From NCBI GenBank assembly GCA_047284725.1, contig JBJBEO010000001.1, positions 2,456,203-2,520,202 on the forward strand: DNA of 64,000 nucleotides, in the 5' to 3' direction. Shown piece by piece: positions 11,882 through 22,726 of the stretch. The stretch's first letter is position 1. The number at the start of each line of letters is the position of its first letter. This DNA is from Synechococcus sp. GTDB taxonomy: Bacteria > Cyanobacteriota > Cyanobacteriia > PCC-6307 > Cyanobiaceae. The notes below the pieces were generated by a model. It was not told the DNA's origin. It did not search any database and saw only the letters and a program-made list of their open reading frames with translations. The translations under genes and the position numbers were made by a program.

Positions 11882-13150
11882 ATGCCCTCATTCATTGCCA
11901 GCTACCAAACCAATACCGGCAGCGATCGCACCATGCGGGTGCAGGCTCCGGATCTGGCCGCAGCGCGCAAAATGCTGCGGCGCAGGGGCATCAAAGCCAC
12001 CACCATGAAAGTGGATGACGCAGGTGGAGCCCGAGGCGCTGGTCAACAATCAACCAAAGAAGGAGGTGTACAAGGGCTCCTCTCCCTTGATCTGGGAAAG
12101 GCCTTCGAAAAGAAACCTGGAGTCAAGGACAAAGCGATCTTCGCCAGCAAGCTTTCAACCCTGGTCGATGCAGGCGTCCCAATCGTCCGCAGCTTGGATC
12201 TGATGGCCAGCCAACAAAAGTTGCCGATGTTCAAGCGGGCTTTGACTCAGATCGGCCTCGATGTGAACCAAGGCTCAGCCATGGGTGCATCCATGCGCAA
12301 ATGGCCAAAGGTCTTTGACACCCTGAGCATTGCCATGGTGGAAGCCGGTGAAACCGGTGGCGTGCTCGACGAATCGCTGAAACGACTGGCCAAGCTGCTT
12401 GAGGACACCGCCCGCTTGCAGAACCAGATCAAAGGTGCCATGGGTTATCCCGTGGCGGTCATGGTGATCGCCATCCTCGTATTTCTGGGGATGACCATCT
12501 TTCTAATCCCGATCTTTGCCGATATTTTCAAGGAACTAGGAGCAGAACTGCCTGTCTTTACCCAGATGATGGTCAATCTGAGCGGCTGGCTGCGCTCATC
12601 CGCTTCACTTTTGCTAGCAGGCTCAATTGTTCTGGCGGTCTGGTTGATCAGCCGCTACTACGCCACCAAAAAAGGTCGCAGAGTGATCGATCGCCTGATG
12701 CTGAAGCTGCCATTGTTCGGGGATCTGATCATGAAAACGGCCACTGCACAATTCTGCAGAATTTTCAGCTCTCTCACCCGAGCCGGTGTACCGATCCTTT
12801 TGTCACTGGAAATCTCAAGTGAAACGGCAGGCAATTCAATCATATCCGACACCATCCTTGAATCGCGTGCCCTCGTACAGGATGGAATACTTCTCAGTGA
12901 TGCTCTGATCCGCCAGAAAGTATTGCCGGACATGGCCCTCAACATGCTGGCCATCGGAGAAGAGACCGGAGAGCTGGATAAAATGCTCAGCAAAGTCGCA
13001 GATTTTTACGAAGATGAAGTCGCCGCAACGGTCAAAGCACTGACTTCAATGCTTGAACCGGCAATGATTGTAGTGGTGGGATTTATCGTCGGCTCCATTC
13101 TTCTGGCCATGTACCTGCCGATGTTTACTGTCTTCGACCAGATCAAATAA
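11882..13150 (+). CDS. pilC: Type IV pilus platform protein PilC (GspF family)
   Basis: AGETGGVLD, AMGYP, GEETGELD, MLEP, AMYLPMF. Confidence 0.95.
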   Translation: MPSFIASYQTNTGSDRTMRVQAPDLAAARKMLRRRGIKATTMKVDDAGGARGAGQQSTKEGGVQGLLSLDLGKAFEKKPGVKDKAIFASKLSTLVDAGVPIVRSLDLMASQQKLPMFKRALTQIGLDVNQGSAMGASMRKWPKVFDTLSIAMVEAGETGGVLDESLKRLAKLLEDTARLQNQIKGAMGYPVAVMVIAILVFLGMTIFLIPIFADIFKELGAELPVFTQMMVNLSGWLRSSASLLLAGSIVLAVWLISRYYATKKGRRVIDRLMLKLPLFGDLIMKTATAQFCRIFSSLTRAGVPILLSLEISSETAGNSIISDTILESRALVQDGILLSDALIRQKVLPDMALNMLAIGEETGELDKMLSKVADFYEDEVAATVKALTSMLEPAMIVVVGFIVGSILLAMYLPMFTVFDQIK

Positions 13151-13157
13151 ATGGCAA

Positions 13158-14411
13158 TCAGGCCAGGGAAGCAGCAATCGCCTGACCGGCAAGCCAGCCA
13201 CTGCTCCAACAGTGCTGAAAGTTGAACCCGCCTGTCACTCCATCAACGTCGATCAACTCACCAGCGAAATACACCCCCGCCACCTTGCGGCTGGCCATGG
13301 TGGCAAGGTTGATCTCACCCAGGTCAACCCCACCAGCGGTGACGAATTCCTCGCCGAAGGGCCCACGGCCAGAAATCGGATAGGTGCTGGCGGTGAGGGC
13401 CTGCACCAAGGCCCGTTCCCAGGGGCCTGGACAATCCGCCCAGCGCCGCTGGGGATCGGCTCCCACCTGGTGGAGAAGAGACAACCAAAGCCGGCGGGGC
13501 AGACGCTCAGGCAGAGGACGGGCTGTAGCGAGTGTTCGACGCGACTGCTGACGGCGCAACTGCTGCAGCTCTTCCGCAACACGATCTGGGCTCATACCCC
13601 CAAGCCAGCGCACCAGCAGTGAACCGCGATAGCCATGACCATGAAGCGCCCGTGCCGCAAACGCAGTCAACCGCAAGGTCGCTGGTCCACTCAGGCCCCA
13701 ATGGGTGATCAACACCCGACCGGTCTGCTCAAACCTCTGCCGATCACACTTCAACTCCAGACTGACGTTGTCAACGGCTATCCCGCTGCAGTCGGTGACG
13801 GCAGGCGCCTGCAAAGTCAAGGTGAATAACGACGGCAACGGCCGCGTGACGCCATGGCCGAGCTGATCGGCAAAACGACGACCGCTGGGGTGACCACCGG
13901 TGGCCAACAACAACCGCTGGCCCTGCCAGACCTGCCCAGCAACGCCGTGCACATCAAAACCGGTCGCCGTGGGCTCGACTCTGCGCACTGGAGCACGGCA
14001 TGCCCACTCCACACCCACGGCACGCGCCGCCTTGAGCAGGCAATCAATCACTGCCTCAGAGCGGTTGGCCTCCGGAAACATCCGCCCATCCGCTTCCTGC
14101 ACCAGCTCCAGACCATGGTCCGAAAACCAACCCACCGCATCACCACAGGCAAAACGACTGAAAGGGCCGCGCAGCGGCCGAGTGCCGCGCGGATAGTGCC
14201 CCACCAACTCCCTTGGATCCCAACAGGCATGGGTGACATTGCAACGACCACCACCACTGATGCGCACCTTGGTCAGGGGCTCCGGAGTGGCCTCAAGCAC
14301 AAGCACCCGGCGACAGCCCTGCTCCGCGGCGGTGATTGCAGCCATGAAGCCGGCTGGACCACCGCCGACCACAATCAGGTCATGACTTGGGCTGGAATCG
14401 AAGGGCGACAC
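13158..14411 (-). CDS. HI0933/BaiN family flavoprotein
   Basis: GGGPAG, KVRISGGGRCNVT, GRMFP, THWGLSGP, VTAGGV, DVDGVTGGFNFQ; start uncertain. Confidence 0.9.
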   Translation of the reverse strand: MSPFDSSPSHDLIVVGGGPAGFMAAITAAEQGCRRVLVLEATPEPLTKVRISGGGRCNVTHACWDPRELVGHYPRGTRPLRGPFSRFACGDAVGWFSDHGLELVQEADGRMFPEANRSEAVIDCLLKAARAVGVEWACRAPVRRVEPTATGFDVHGVAGQVWQGQRLLLATGGHPSGRRFADQLGHGVTRPLPSLFTLTLQAPAVTDCSGIAVDNVSLELKCDRQRFEQTGRVLITHWGLSGPATLRLTAFAARALHGHGYRGSLLVRWLGGMSPDRVAEELQQLRRQQSRRTLATARPLPERLPRRLWLSLLHQVGADPQRRWADCPGPWERALVQALTASTYPISGRGPFGEEFVTAGGVDLGEINLATMASRKVAGVYFAGELIDVDGVTGGFNFQHCWSSGWLAGQAIAASLA

Positions 14412-14904
14412 CGTTGTTACAGAAACGCTTTCCGGTGGGCTTGGGACCGTCATTGAAGACATGGCCCTGATGACCACCGCAGCGACTGCAGTGGTATTCG
14501 GTGCGGGGAATGATCAGCTTGAAATCTATCTTCGTGGCGATCGCGCCCGACAAACCCTTCCAGAAACTGGGCCAGCCGGTGCCGCTGTCAAACTTGGCCT
14601 CTGAAGCAAACAACGGCAGGTCACACCCAGCGCAATGAAACGTGCCGGGTCGCTTTTCCCCATTCAAAGGACTGGTGAAAGGCGGCTCCGTACCCTCCTG
14701 ACGCAACACGCGATAGGCCTCGGGAGACAGGCGACGTTTCCACTCCGTATCGCTGAGATCCCAGGCGCTGTCGTTGGCCTTGGAGGCGGCCAGTGCCAGC
14801 GCAGGGGCTCTGAAGACACCCACGGCTCCCGTCAAAGTCGCCACCAGCAAGGAACGACGACTGAGCAACCAGTGCTGGAGAGACGAAGCCATCGGTTCGA
14901 ACAT
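14380..14904 (-). CDS. msrB: Peptide-methionine (R)-S-oxide reductase with Tat-like signal
   Basis: GTEPPF, CxxC, KFDSGTGWPSF, HQGHVFNDGP, RFCNNG; N-terminal SRRSLL. Confidence 0.93.
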   Translation of the reverse strand: MFEPMASSLQHWLLSRRSLLVATLTGAVGVFRAPALALAASKANDSAWDLSDTEWKRRLSPEAYRVLRQEGTEPPFTSPLNGEKRPGTFHCAGCDLPLFASEAKFDSGTGWPSFWKGLSGAIATKIDFKLIIPRTEYHCSRCGGHQGHVFNDGPKPTGKRFCNNGVALRFQPKS

Positions 14905-14963
14905 GCAGGTATCAACCCCTCTGTTCTAGGAACCCCGATCAGCGACAAGGGAAGAATGGAGAC

Positions 14964-15968
14964 ATGGATGGTCCAACGCCTGATCCGCAGGAGCCCGCCT
15001 GGCGCTTCAGCGTCGCCCCGATGCTCGACTGCACGGATCGGCACTTCCGGGTGATGATGCGGCAGATCAGCACGAGGGCCCTGCTCTACTCCGAAATGGT
15101 GGTGGCTCAGGCTCTGCATCACACCAACCGACGGGAACGCCTGCTCGATTTCGATCCTGTGGAGCATCCGATCGCCCTGCAGGTGGGAGGCGATGACCCC
15201 AGACTGCTGGCGGAAGCAGCACGCATGGCCGCGGACTGGGGCTACGACGAAATCAATCTCAATGTGGGTTGTCCCAGCCCTCGCGTCAAAGCCGGCAACT
15301 TCGGCGCCTGTCTGATGGCCGAACCCGACACCGTCGCCCACTGTGTGGAAGCGATGGGTGCCGCCTCAGCATTACCGGTCACCGTGAAACATCGCGTGGG
15401 GATCGATCACTACGACAGCGACGACCTTCTCCAGGCGTTTGTGGACCGGGTTGCGGCAGCGGGTGCTTCCCGCTTTTCCGTGCATGCGCGCAAAGCCTGG
15501 CTGGAGGGTCTCGACCCGAAACAGAACCGCACGATCCCGCCCCTGCAACATGAACGGGTGCTCGCCCTGAAACAACGGCGACCGGAACTGATGATTGAGC
15601 TGAACGGGGGGCTCGACACACCCGAGCACTGCGTCGAAGCCCTCAAAGGCTGCGATGGAGCCATGGTGGGCCGAGCCGCCTATGCCCACCCGCTTCGTTG
15701 GGGAAGCATGGATCAATTGATCTACGGCGAACGCCACCGCCAGGTCTGCGCATCGGGGGTTGTGCTTGGTCTGATTCCCCATGCCCAAGCTCATCTCGAC
15801 CGTGGAGGGCGTCTCTGGGATCTCTGTCGCCACCTGGTTCAACTGGTGGAAGGAGTTCCTGGCGCACGGCATTGGCGCCGCAACGTCGGACTGAAAGCCC
15901 AACGTCCCGGAGCCGACATTGGCGTGCTGGAAGAAGCAGCCCGGCAACTGCGCGATGCCGGGCTCTGA
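14964..15968 (+). CDS. dusA: tRNA-dihydrouridine(20/20a) synthase
   Basis: FSVAPMLDCTDRHFR, INLNVGCPS, HARKAWLEGL, NRTIPPL. Confidence 0.93.
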   Translation: MDGPTPDPQEPAWRFSVAPMLDCTDRHFRVMMRQISTRALLYSEMVVAQALHHTNRRERLLDFDPVEHPIALQVGGDDPRLLAEAARMAADWGYDEINLNVGCPSPRVKAGNFGACLMAEPDTVAHCVEAMGAASALPVTVKHRVGIDHYDSDDLLQAFVDRVAAAGASRFSVHARKAWLEGLDPKQNRTIPPLQHERVLALKQRRPELMIELNGGLDTPEHCVEALKGCDGAMVGRAAYAHPLRWGSMDQLIYGERHRQVCASGVVLGLIPHAQAHLDRGGRLWDLCRHLVQLVEGVPGARHWRRNVGLKAQRPGADIGVLEEAARQLRDAGL

Positions 15969-15978
15969 TCAGCAGCGA

Positions 15979-16503
15979 TCAGCCTTCGGCGCCTCCGTAC
16001 CCGCCAAAACCAGATTCGCCATCACTGGAGGAGGCACCTCCACGCCGGCGACGACTGCGGCCGTCGTCGTAAGTACCACCAGAATCAGATCCGCCGCCGC
16101 CGTAGCTGTTTCCACCGCCGTAACTGCGATCTTCCCAACCGCGAGCACCGGAGCCACCGCCGTAGCCGCCACCATCGGAACCACCGCGATAACCGCCACC
16201 ACCGCCATAGCCGCCACGGCCACCGCCGTAACCACCGCCACCACCACGACGGGGTGCACTGCCGCGGGGCTCAGCTTTGTTGATGCGCAACGGACGACCC
16301 ATCAATTCCACGCCTTGAAGCGCATCGATGGCAGCGGTTTCGCTGGCATCATCAGCCATTTCAATGAAGGCGAAACCACGTTTACGACCCGTATCCCGCT
16401 CAAGAGGCAGGGCACAATTCGTGACCTCGCCATGGGCGGCAAACAATTCAATGATGTCTTCCTGCTCTGCCCTGAAGGGCAGATTGCCAACAAAAATGCT
16501 CAC
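15979..16503 (-). CDS. RRM RNA-binding protein with Gly-rich tail (Rbp family)
   Basis: RNP2 IFVGNL, RNP1 RGFAFIEM, GGYGGG repeats. Confidence 0.93.
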   Translation of the reverse strand: MSIFVGNLPFRAEQEDIIELFAAHGEVTNCALPLERDTGRKRGFAFIEMADDASETAAIDALQGVELMGRPLRINKAEPRGSAPRRGGGGGYGGGRGGYGGGGGYRGGSDGGGYGGGSGARGWEDRSYGGGNSYGGGGSDSGGTYDDGRSRRRRGGASSSDGESGFGGYGGAEG

Positions 16504-16639
16504 TTTCCTGATGGACCGTTGATGAAATGGGCCGATGGGACCTGACCTGCCAACGGTTCATGCTCCGGTAAGGAATCAATTGCCTTTGGCTACCTCAGCG
16601 TAGACCCGTTCAGACATTTCCACTTCGTTTGATTCGGGT

Positions 16640-18046
16640 TCAGGCCAGTCTCTGCTGCCAGAGCTTCAACTGTTCCTCAACGCGCACAAAGCCTGTCCCC
16701 CCCTCACTGACCCGGGCAGCCACCACCTGACGGGGCGCCAGAGCTGCAAACAGATCTGCTTCAAACACCGGATGAAAGGTTTGCCACTGCTCCAAACTGA
16801 GATCGAGCAGAAGAACGCCGTCCTGAAGGCAGCGTTTGACCACAGCACCCACCAGTTGATAGGCCTCACGAAACGGCACGCCTCGAGCCACGAGGTAATC
16901 GGCCACATCAGTGGCATTGGAGAAATCAGACGTCACAGCCCGCTCCAAACGTTCCGGACGGAATTCCAGCCCTTCCTCCATCAGGATCGCCATCGCCTCC
17001 AGACAATCAGCTGTTGTGCGCACCACATCAAACAGGGCTTCCTTGTCTTCCTGGAAGTCTTTGTTGTAGGCGAGGGGTAATCCTTTGATCATCGTCAACA
17101 AGCCCTGCAGGTGGCCGAACACCCGGCCGCATTTACCGCGCACCAACTCGGGAACATCGGGATTCTTTTTCTGCGGCATCAGACTGCTGCCGGTGGCACA
17201 GCGGTCGCTGAGACGCACAAAGCCACATTCCTCACTCGCCCAGAAAATCACTTCCTCCGCCAGACGGCTGAGGTGCACCATCACCAGGGACGCCGCCGAA
17301 GAGAACTCAACAGCAAAATCCCGATCACTGACAGCATCCAAACTGTTGGCATAGATGGCATCGAAGCCCAGGGCCGCGGCCGTGCTGCGCCGATCGATCG
17401 GCACCGGTGTACCCGCCAGCGCTGCTGCTCCCAGAGGCGACACGTTCACCCGACCCCGAACGTCCCGGAAGCGCTGGCGATCCCGTTCCAGCATCTCCAC
17501 GTAAGCGAGCAGGTGATGGGCGAGACACACTGGCTGGGCACGCTGCAAATGGGTGTATCCAGGGATCAAGGTGGTGCGTTGGTCGAGCGCCTGGTTCAGC
17601 AAGGCTCTCTGAAAACGCTGAACTCCCCCATCGAGCTCATCGAGACGACGACGCAACCACAGCCGCAGATCCGTTCCGACCTGATCATTGCGACTGCGCC
17701 CGGTATGCAACTTCTTGCCCACGGGGCCGAGCAAAGCGATCAGCCGCCTTTCCACAGCGAAGTGCACATCTTCATCCTCCAAACCGGGACGAAAGCTGCC
17801 GGCGGCGGCCTGCGTGCGAATCGTCTGCAGGCCCTCACAGAGCTGAGTCGCTTCCTCCGTACTGATCACGCCGCACTCCGCCAGCATGCGGGCATGGGCG
17901 ATCGACCCATCGAGATCCTCCTGCAGCAGATTGATATCGAAACCGATGGACGCATTGAAACGCTCAATCGCAGGGTGAAGGCCCTGATCAAAGCGATCGC
18001 TCCAGGTGGCAGAGCCTCCGCCCGTCACTCCCCCAGCCATACCCAC
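16640..18046 (-). CDS. argH: Argininosuccinate lyase
   Basis: [31 protein letters not shown]. Confidence 0.96.
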   Translation of the reverse strand: MGMAGGVTGGGSATWSDRFDQGLHPAIERFNASIGFDINLLQEDLDGSIAHARMLAECGVISTEEATQLCEGLQTIRTQAAAGSFRPGLEDEDVHFAVERRLIALLGPVGKKLHTGRSRNDQVGTDLRLWLRRRLDELDGGVQRFQRALLNQALDQRTTLIPGYTHLQRAQPVCLAHHLLAYVEMLERDRQRFRDVRGRVNVSPLGAAALAGTPVPIDRRSTAAALGFDAIYANSLDAVSDRDFAVEFSSAASLVMVHLSRLAEEVIFWASEECGFVRLSDRCATGSSLMPQKKNPDVPELVRGKCGRVFGHLQGLLTMIKGLPLAYNKDFQEDKEALFDVVRTTADCLEAMAILMEEGLEFRPERLERAVTSDFSNATDVADYLVARGVPFREAYQLVGAVVKRCLQDGVLLLDLSLEQWQTFHPVFEADLFAALAPRQVVAARVSEGGTGFVRVEEQLKLWQQRLA

Positions 18047-18103
18047 ATCAAGCGCAGCGTGCAGTCAGCTTGTCAGGCCATGGGAACACAGCCTGCCCAC
18101 CCA

Positions 18104-19519
18104 TCAGGGGCCGTGACGAGGCACTGACGGCAGCATCACCTCCTCCGGCACCTTGAGCACCACCATCGACGCATCATCCTCAAGCTGACGATCCATCCCG
18201 ACGAAGCGATCCAAACGCACAAATAACTGATCAAGAATTCCCTGAGAACCGGTACCGGAGCGACAAGCAGCCTCGAGGGAACGAATCAAACGCTCTTCAT
18301 CGAAACGGTCACCAGTGATGCCCGACGCCTCCGTAACGCCATCGGTGTAGTACAGCAGCACATCACCAGGCTCGAGCACCACTTCACCGCAGCCGTATTC
18401 CGCTTCGGGCTGCAAACCGATCAGCAGTCCAGGGGCATCCAACCGGCTGATCATGCGTTGCTGGGCCCGCCAGATCAACGGTGGATTGTGGGCAGCGTTG
18501 GCATAACGCAACCGGCGTGTGCGGGGGTCGAAATCGGAATAGAAAAGGGTGACGAACCGATGGGACTGAGCCAGGTCCTCCTGAGCCAGTTGGTTGAGGT
18601 CGTGGAGAATCCGATCAGGCGGCAGACCACTGAGCACCTCTGCACGCAACATGCCGCGCAGCATGGTCATCAGCAGCCCGGCGGGCACGCCCTTACCCAT
18701 CACATCCCCCATCACCAGAGCCCAACGCCCCCGTTCCCGGCGTCGCCCCGTCAATTCCGGGCGGGTTGGGATGAAGTCGTAGTAATCACCCCCCACCTGA
18801 AAAGCAGGACGACATCGAGCCGCCAGCTCGACCCCCTCAATCAACGGACAACGCACCGGTAACAGCTGCGCCTGGATCTCAGCACCGATGCTGAGCTGGC
18901 GATCGACACGCTCATGACGACGTGCCTCCTGAAGCATGAGGTCATGCTCCACCGCCACACCAGTGAGATCGGCGACCAACTGCCCATGACGACGGTGGAC
19001 GTCACTCCAGGCCAGCGGGCCCGAACTGCTGAACAAATACAGACGACCCCGCTGCCGACCACGAGCCACCAGAGAAGTAGCAAACAAACCAGCCCGGCCG
19101 AGGTGGCGTTGGACAAGATGGTCGAGAGCCATCACCTGGTGCTCATCCGTTCCAAACCCCTCAGCCATCCCGGGCTCAAACGCAGCGATCTGTCTGAGCA
19201 ACTCCGTGGATCGGTGATCAGGCAACATCTGCAATTGATCGCGCCAGATCCTCCCCTCATCGGTGAACGGCACTAACAGGGCGCCATCCACTCCCACCAG
19301 ACGCGAGGCCACCACAGGCACCAGTTCAAGGAAACGGTGCAGATTGGTGAAGCTGCGTAACGCAAAGGCCAGGGATGCCAAGAGGTCTTGGCTGGAGCGC
19401 TGCTCCTTCGAAAAGCTGTCGAATAACTGACGCAACGACGCCGTGGCCGACATCGGCTGAGCCGCATTGCGCTGATGCGGCTTGGAATGGCGACGGGTCG
19501 ACTTGCTGCTCACGGCCAT
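18104..19519 (-). CDS. PP2C/SpoIIE (RsbU-like) Ser/Thr phosphatase with N-terminal GAF-like domain
   Basis: VGGDYYD, GDVMGKG, NAAHNPP, YTDGVTE, DDAS; start uncertain. Confidence 0.9.
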   Translation of the reverse strand: MAVSSKSTRRHSKPHQRNAAQPMSATASLRQLFDSFSKEQRSSQDLLASLAFALRSFTNLHRFLELVPVVASRLVGVDGALLVPFTDEGRIWRDQLQMLPDHRSTELLRQIAAFEPGMAEGFGTDEHQVMALDHLVQRHLGRAGLFATSLVARGRQRGRLYLFSSSGPLAWSDVHRRHGQLVADLTGVAVEHDLMLQEARRHERVDRQLSIGAEIQAQLLPVRCPLIEGVELAARCRPAFQVGGDYYDFIPTRPELTGRRRERGRWALVMGDVMGKGVPAGLLMTMLRGMLRAEVLSGLPPDRILHDLNQLAQEDLAQSHRFVTLFYSDFDPRTRRLRYANAAHNPPLIWRAQQRMISRLDAPGLLIGLQPEAEYGCGEVVLEPGDVLLYYTDGVTEASGITGDRFDEERLIRSLEAACRSGTGSQGILDQLFVRLDRFVGMDRQLEDDASMVVLKVPEEVMLPSVPRHGP

Positions 19520-19551
19520 CCATGGCAGTGATTGCAAGTTAGCGACGGTTT

Positions 19552-21219
19552 TTAGCGGACTGCCAACAATGCTTCGACAAACTCAAAGCTATTGAAGGGT
19601 CGCAAATCGCGAATCCCTTCTCCAGCTCCGATGAAACGAATCGGGAGTCCAGCCTCGGAAGAAACTGCCAAGGCCACACCGCCACGGGCTGTGCCATCGA
19701 GTTTGGTGATCACAACTCCGGTGAGATCAGCAGCCTTCGCGAAAGCCATGGCTTGCTTCAAGCCGTTCTGACCCTGGCTGGCGTCCAGCACCAACAACGA
19801 TTCCACCTTGGATTCCGGGGCCAGTCGATCAACAATGCGCCGGATCTTCTGGAGCTCCTCCATCAGATTGTGCTTGGTCTGCAAGCGACCTGCGGTATCC
19901 ACCAGCAACAAGTCGGTGTCCTTGGAGCGTGCTGCTCCGATCGCATCAAACACCACAGCAGCCGGATCAGCATTCGCAGTGGGATTGGCTACCACTGGCA
20001 CATCACTGCGCTCACCCCAGACCTCCACCTGCCGGACCGCAGCGGCCCTGAAGGTGTCGGCGGCCGCGATCATGGCGCTGTAACCACTGCGCACGGCCAG
20101 GTTGGCCAACTTGCCAAGCGTGGTGGTCTTGCCAACGCCATTCACACCGACCATCAACCAGATGTTGAGGCGCCCCCGCTCGGGGGCCAACAGCTCAACA
20201 CCGCTGGCTTTGATCGGTTGATCCAACAGAGACCGAAGCTGCTCTTTGAGGAACCGGATTCCCTCGCTGGGATCCACCACCTCTTCATTCAAGCGCTGAC
20301 GCAGCGACTCCATCACCTGATCGGTGGCCTGAACACCGGCATCGGCACGTAACAGCAACGCCTCCAGATCGTCCACCACCTCTGGAGTGAGCGGATCATC
20401 CCCAAGGCTGTCGAGCAAACCGGTCACAAAACCCTGACGGGTTTTCTCCAGGCCCTGACGGAGCCGGCCAAGCCAGTCGATCTCCTCAAGAGAAACCTGA
20501 TCGACCTGGCGGCCCTGCGCAGCCAACACCTCTGCCGACCAGGTGAAGGTGTCGTCGAAGTCGCCCAGCTGAGGCTGATCAGCCCGCTCAGACGCTGACG
20601 TTGGCTGGGAGGCATCTGGAATGGCAGCCGGAGCTGCCGCGGCCGATGTTGTGGCTCTCGCCTCCAGCTCCTCTCGACGTTCTTGCCGCTGCGCTGCAGC
20701 CTGCTCAAGCAACGACAGACCTGGAGCAGGAGGTTGTGGTGGCTCGACCGGCGCAGCAGCTGAGGTGGACGGAGCTATCTCCGACTGAACCGTGTTCTGC
20801 GGGGCTGTCTGCGTCGAAACGGATGGGGTTGGTGTTGGCTGAGGAGCTGGAGCAGGGGGCGGGGACTGATCCTCCTGGACCGCTTTGGCTGCGGCCTCCT
20901 GAGCCTGTTGCGCCTTCAGACGGGCGTAGGCCTGACGAGCCCACTCCAGAGGATCGTCATCGACGGCATTGGACTGAGCTGATGGCGTTTCAGAAGTCCC
21001 GGAAGGGCTTGGTTCCTGAGAGGCAGGAGTGGAAGAAGACTGGGCAGCTGACGCCGTCGAGTCACTGACTGGTTCAGCTGCCTGTGGAGGCTCCGCTGGC
21101 TCAGGCTGCGGCGACTCACTGTCGCTGGCTGGCTGCTGATCAGCACCTTCCGTCCTGCTGTCTTGGGCAGGAGCCACAGGTTGCTCAGAGGTTCGGCGCT
21201 GAAACCAGTCGAAAACCAT
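19552..21219 (-). CDS. ftsY: Signal recognition particle receptor FtsY
   Basis: GVNGVGKTTT, DTFRAAA, DTAGR, TKLDGTARGG; long P/A/S/Q-rich N-terminus. Confidence 0.96.
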   Translation of the reverse strand: MVFDWFQRRTSEQPVAPAQDSRTEGADQQPASDSESPQPEPAEPPQAAEPVSDSTASAAQSSSTPASQEPSPSGTSETPSAQSNAVDDDPLEWARQAYARLKAQQAQEAAAKAVQEDQSPPPAPAPQPTPTPSVSTQTAPQNTVQSEIAPSTSAAAPVEPPQPPAPGLSLLEQAAAQRQERREELEARATTSAAAAPAAIPDASQPTSASERADQPQLGDFDDTFTWSAEVLAAQGRQVDQVSLEEIDWLGRLRQGLEKTRQGFVTGLLDSLGDDPLTPEVVDDLEALLLRADAGVQATDQVMESLRQRLNEEVVDPSEGIRFLKEQLRSLLDQPIKASGVELLAPERGRLNIWLMVGVNGVGKTTTLGKLANLAVRSGYSAMIAAADTFRAAAVRQVEVWGERSDVPVVANPTANADPAAVVFDAIGAARSKDTDLLLVDTAGRLQTKHNLMEELQKIRRIVDRLAPESKVESLLVLDASQGQNGLKQAMAFAKAADLTGVVITKLDGTARGGVALAVSSEAGLPIRFIGAGEGIRDLRPFNSFEFVEALLAVR

Positions 21220-21245
21220 CGAATTGAAGCGTCAGTTGAAACGAA

Positions 21246-21881
21246 TCAGGACCCAGAGGAGGGTGAAGCATCCTGCAAACGGCGCAGAACACCATTGATC
21301 ATGCGACGCCCCTGTTCATCGCTGTAACGATTGGCCAGCTCCACCGCCTCGTTGCAGGCCACGGCTGAAGGGGTCTTGAGGCTGGTGAGATCCACCACAG
21401 CCAGTCGAAGAATGTCCCGATCAATGCGAGGGAGACGGGTCAGTCGCCAACCTTCCATCACCCCATCCAAACGGGCATCAATGCTGCTGCGCTGCTCATA
21501 CACAAGCGTGACCCGACGCATCGCGCCATGGCGCACCGTCTCCTGATCAGCCAGAGCAAGGAGACGAGGAAGTTCAAGGCTGCTGGACAAACCGTTCAGC
21601 ACCCGCTCAGCAATGGTGAGTGACGCTTGCAGGTGCTCTCGCACGACAGGCGAACGACCATCGCCACCATCCTCCAGCTCACTGTCGAGAAGATGCTGCT
21701 GCGCTTTCTCCAAGTCAGCTGCGCTGGCATCCAATGATTCCCGCCAATGCTGCTGCAGCGACTCCAGCGCTTTCTGCAACACCGAATCGAGGGGGAGATC
21801 GACGGCAATCTGAGCCTCACGATCAGAAAGCTGACCCAGCACCAGCAGTGCCAGCTCACGGGCTAGGGAACGGGACTGCAT
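21246..21881 (-). CDS. nusB: Transcription antitermination factor NusB
   Basis: RSLARELAL, RLPRIDRDILRL, NEAVELA, INGVL. Confidence 0.93.
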   Translation of the reverse strand: MQSRSLARELALLVLGQLSDREAQIAVDLPLDSVLQKALESLQQHWRESLDASAADLEKAQQHLLDSELEDGGDGRSPVVREHLQASLTIAERVLNGLSSSLELPRLLALADQETVRHGAMRRVTLVYEQRSSIDARLDGVMEGWRLTRLPRIDRDILRLAVVDLTSLKTPSAVACNEAVELANRYSDEQGRRMINGVLRRLQDASPSSGS

Positions 21882-21911
21882 GGCAGTAACGAGAAAGGAA
21901 CGAGGGAGAGG

Positions 21912-22661
21912 TCAGACCCCTGACGTGGTTGACGAGGGAGACACCGATGCTCGCAGCTGCGAAATCAAACTGGAGAAACTGCGGTTCACGGGCGCTTCAC
22001 GCTCGTCTGGATTGACGATGCCAGCAGAAATGATCGTGCGGAATGCATCTTCAACGGAAATGTCCAACTCACGAACTGATGACTCTGGAACAAGTGTGTA
22101 CCAACCCGTTGTGGGGTTTGGTGCCGTGGGAATGAACACACTCAACAGGGGCTCTTGAAGATCGGCTTGCAAAGAAGGCCCCACCTCACCCGTGACAAAG
22201 CCAACGCTGAACAGACCCTCCCGCGGGTACTCGACCAAGACGACGCGACGAAAACGGGTGGTGTTGTCGCGCAGGAAGGTCTCCAACAGCTGCTTGAGGG
22301 TCTTGTAAACCGATCCGGCCAGAGGAATGCGCTGGAGCGTGCCCTCACCGAACTCCAGCAACCAGCGTCCAACAATGTTGCGGGCCATCAGCCCGATCAA
22401 AAGAATGCCCAGCAAGGGCACAGTCAATCCAAGCGCCAGGTTGATCAGATCCTGAAGAAGTGGATTGAGGGTGATGAACGGATTGAACTGCTTCGGGATC
22501 GACGTCAAAAACGCCAGAACAAACCGACTGACAATGGTCGCCAACCAGATGGTGGTAGCGAGGGGGATCACCACCAAGAGGCCGGCGATCAAGTCATTTT
22601 TGAGATCCTGCTGAAGTCTGGCGCCGAGCGGCAGATCAGGTCTGGGGTTGGACTGCACCAA
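21912..22661 (-). CDS. DUF502 domain membrane protein
   Basis: AGLLVVIPL, RIPLAGSVY, VLVEYPR, FIPTAPNPTTG. Confidence 0.88.
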   Translation of the reverse strand: MVQSNPRPDLPLGARLQQDLKNDLIAGLLVVIPLATTIWLATIVSRFVLAFLTSIPKQFNPFITLNPLLQDLINLALGLTVPLLGILLIGLMARNIVGRWLLEFGEGTLQRIPLAGSVYKTLKQLLETFLRDNTTRFRRVVLVEYPREGLFSVGFVTGEVGPSLQADLQEPLLSVFIPTAPNPTTGWYTLVPESSVRELDISVEDAFRTIISAGIVNPDEREAPVNRSFSSLISQLRASVSPSSTTSGV

Positions 22662-22726
22662 GGAACGACCAGGGCTTGGAGCCTTCGTGATGAATCCAAC
22701 CTAACGAGCGGTCAGCAAACGACGCT

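Noticed and set aside
16020..16260. Tandem-like CCGCC/ACCGCC repeats
   Set aside because: They encode the Gly-rich tail of the RRM protein; no CRISPR-like repeat-spacer structure here or elsewhere in the window.
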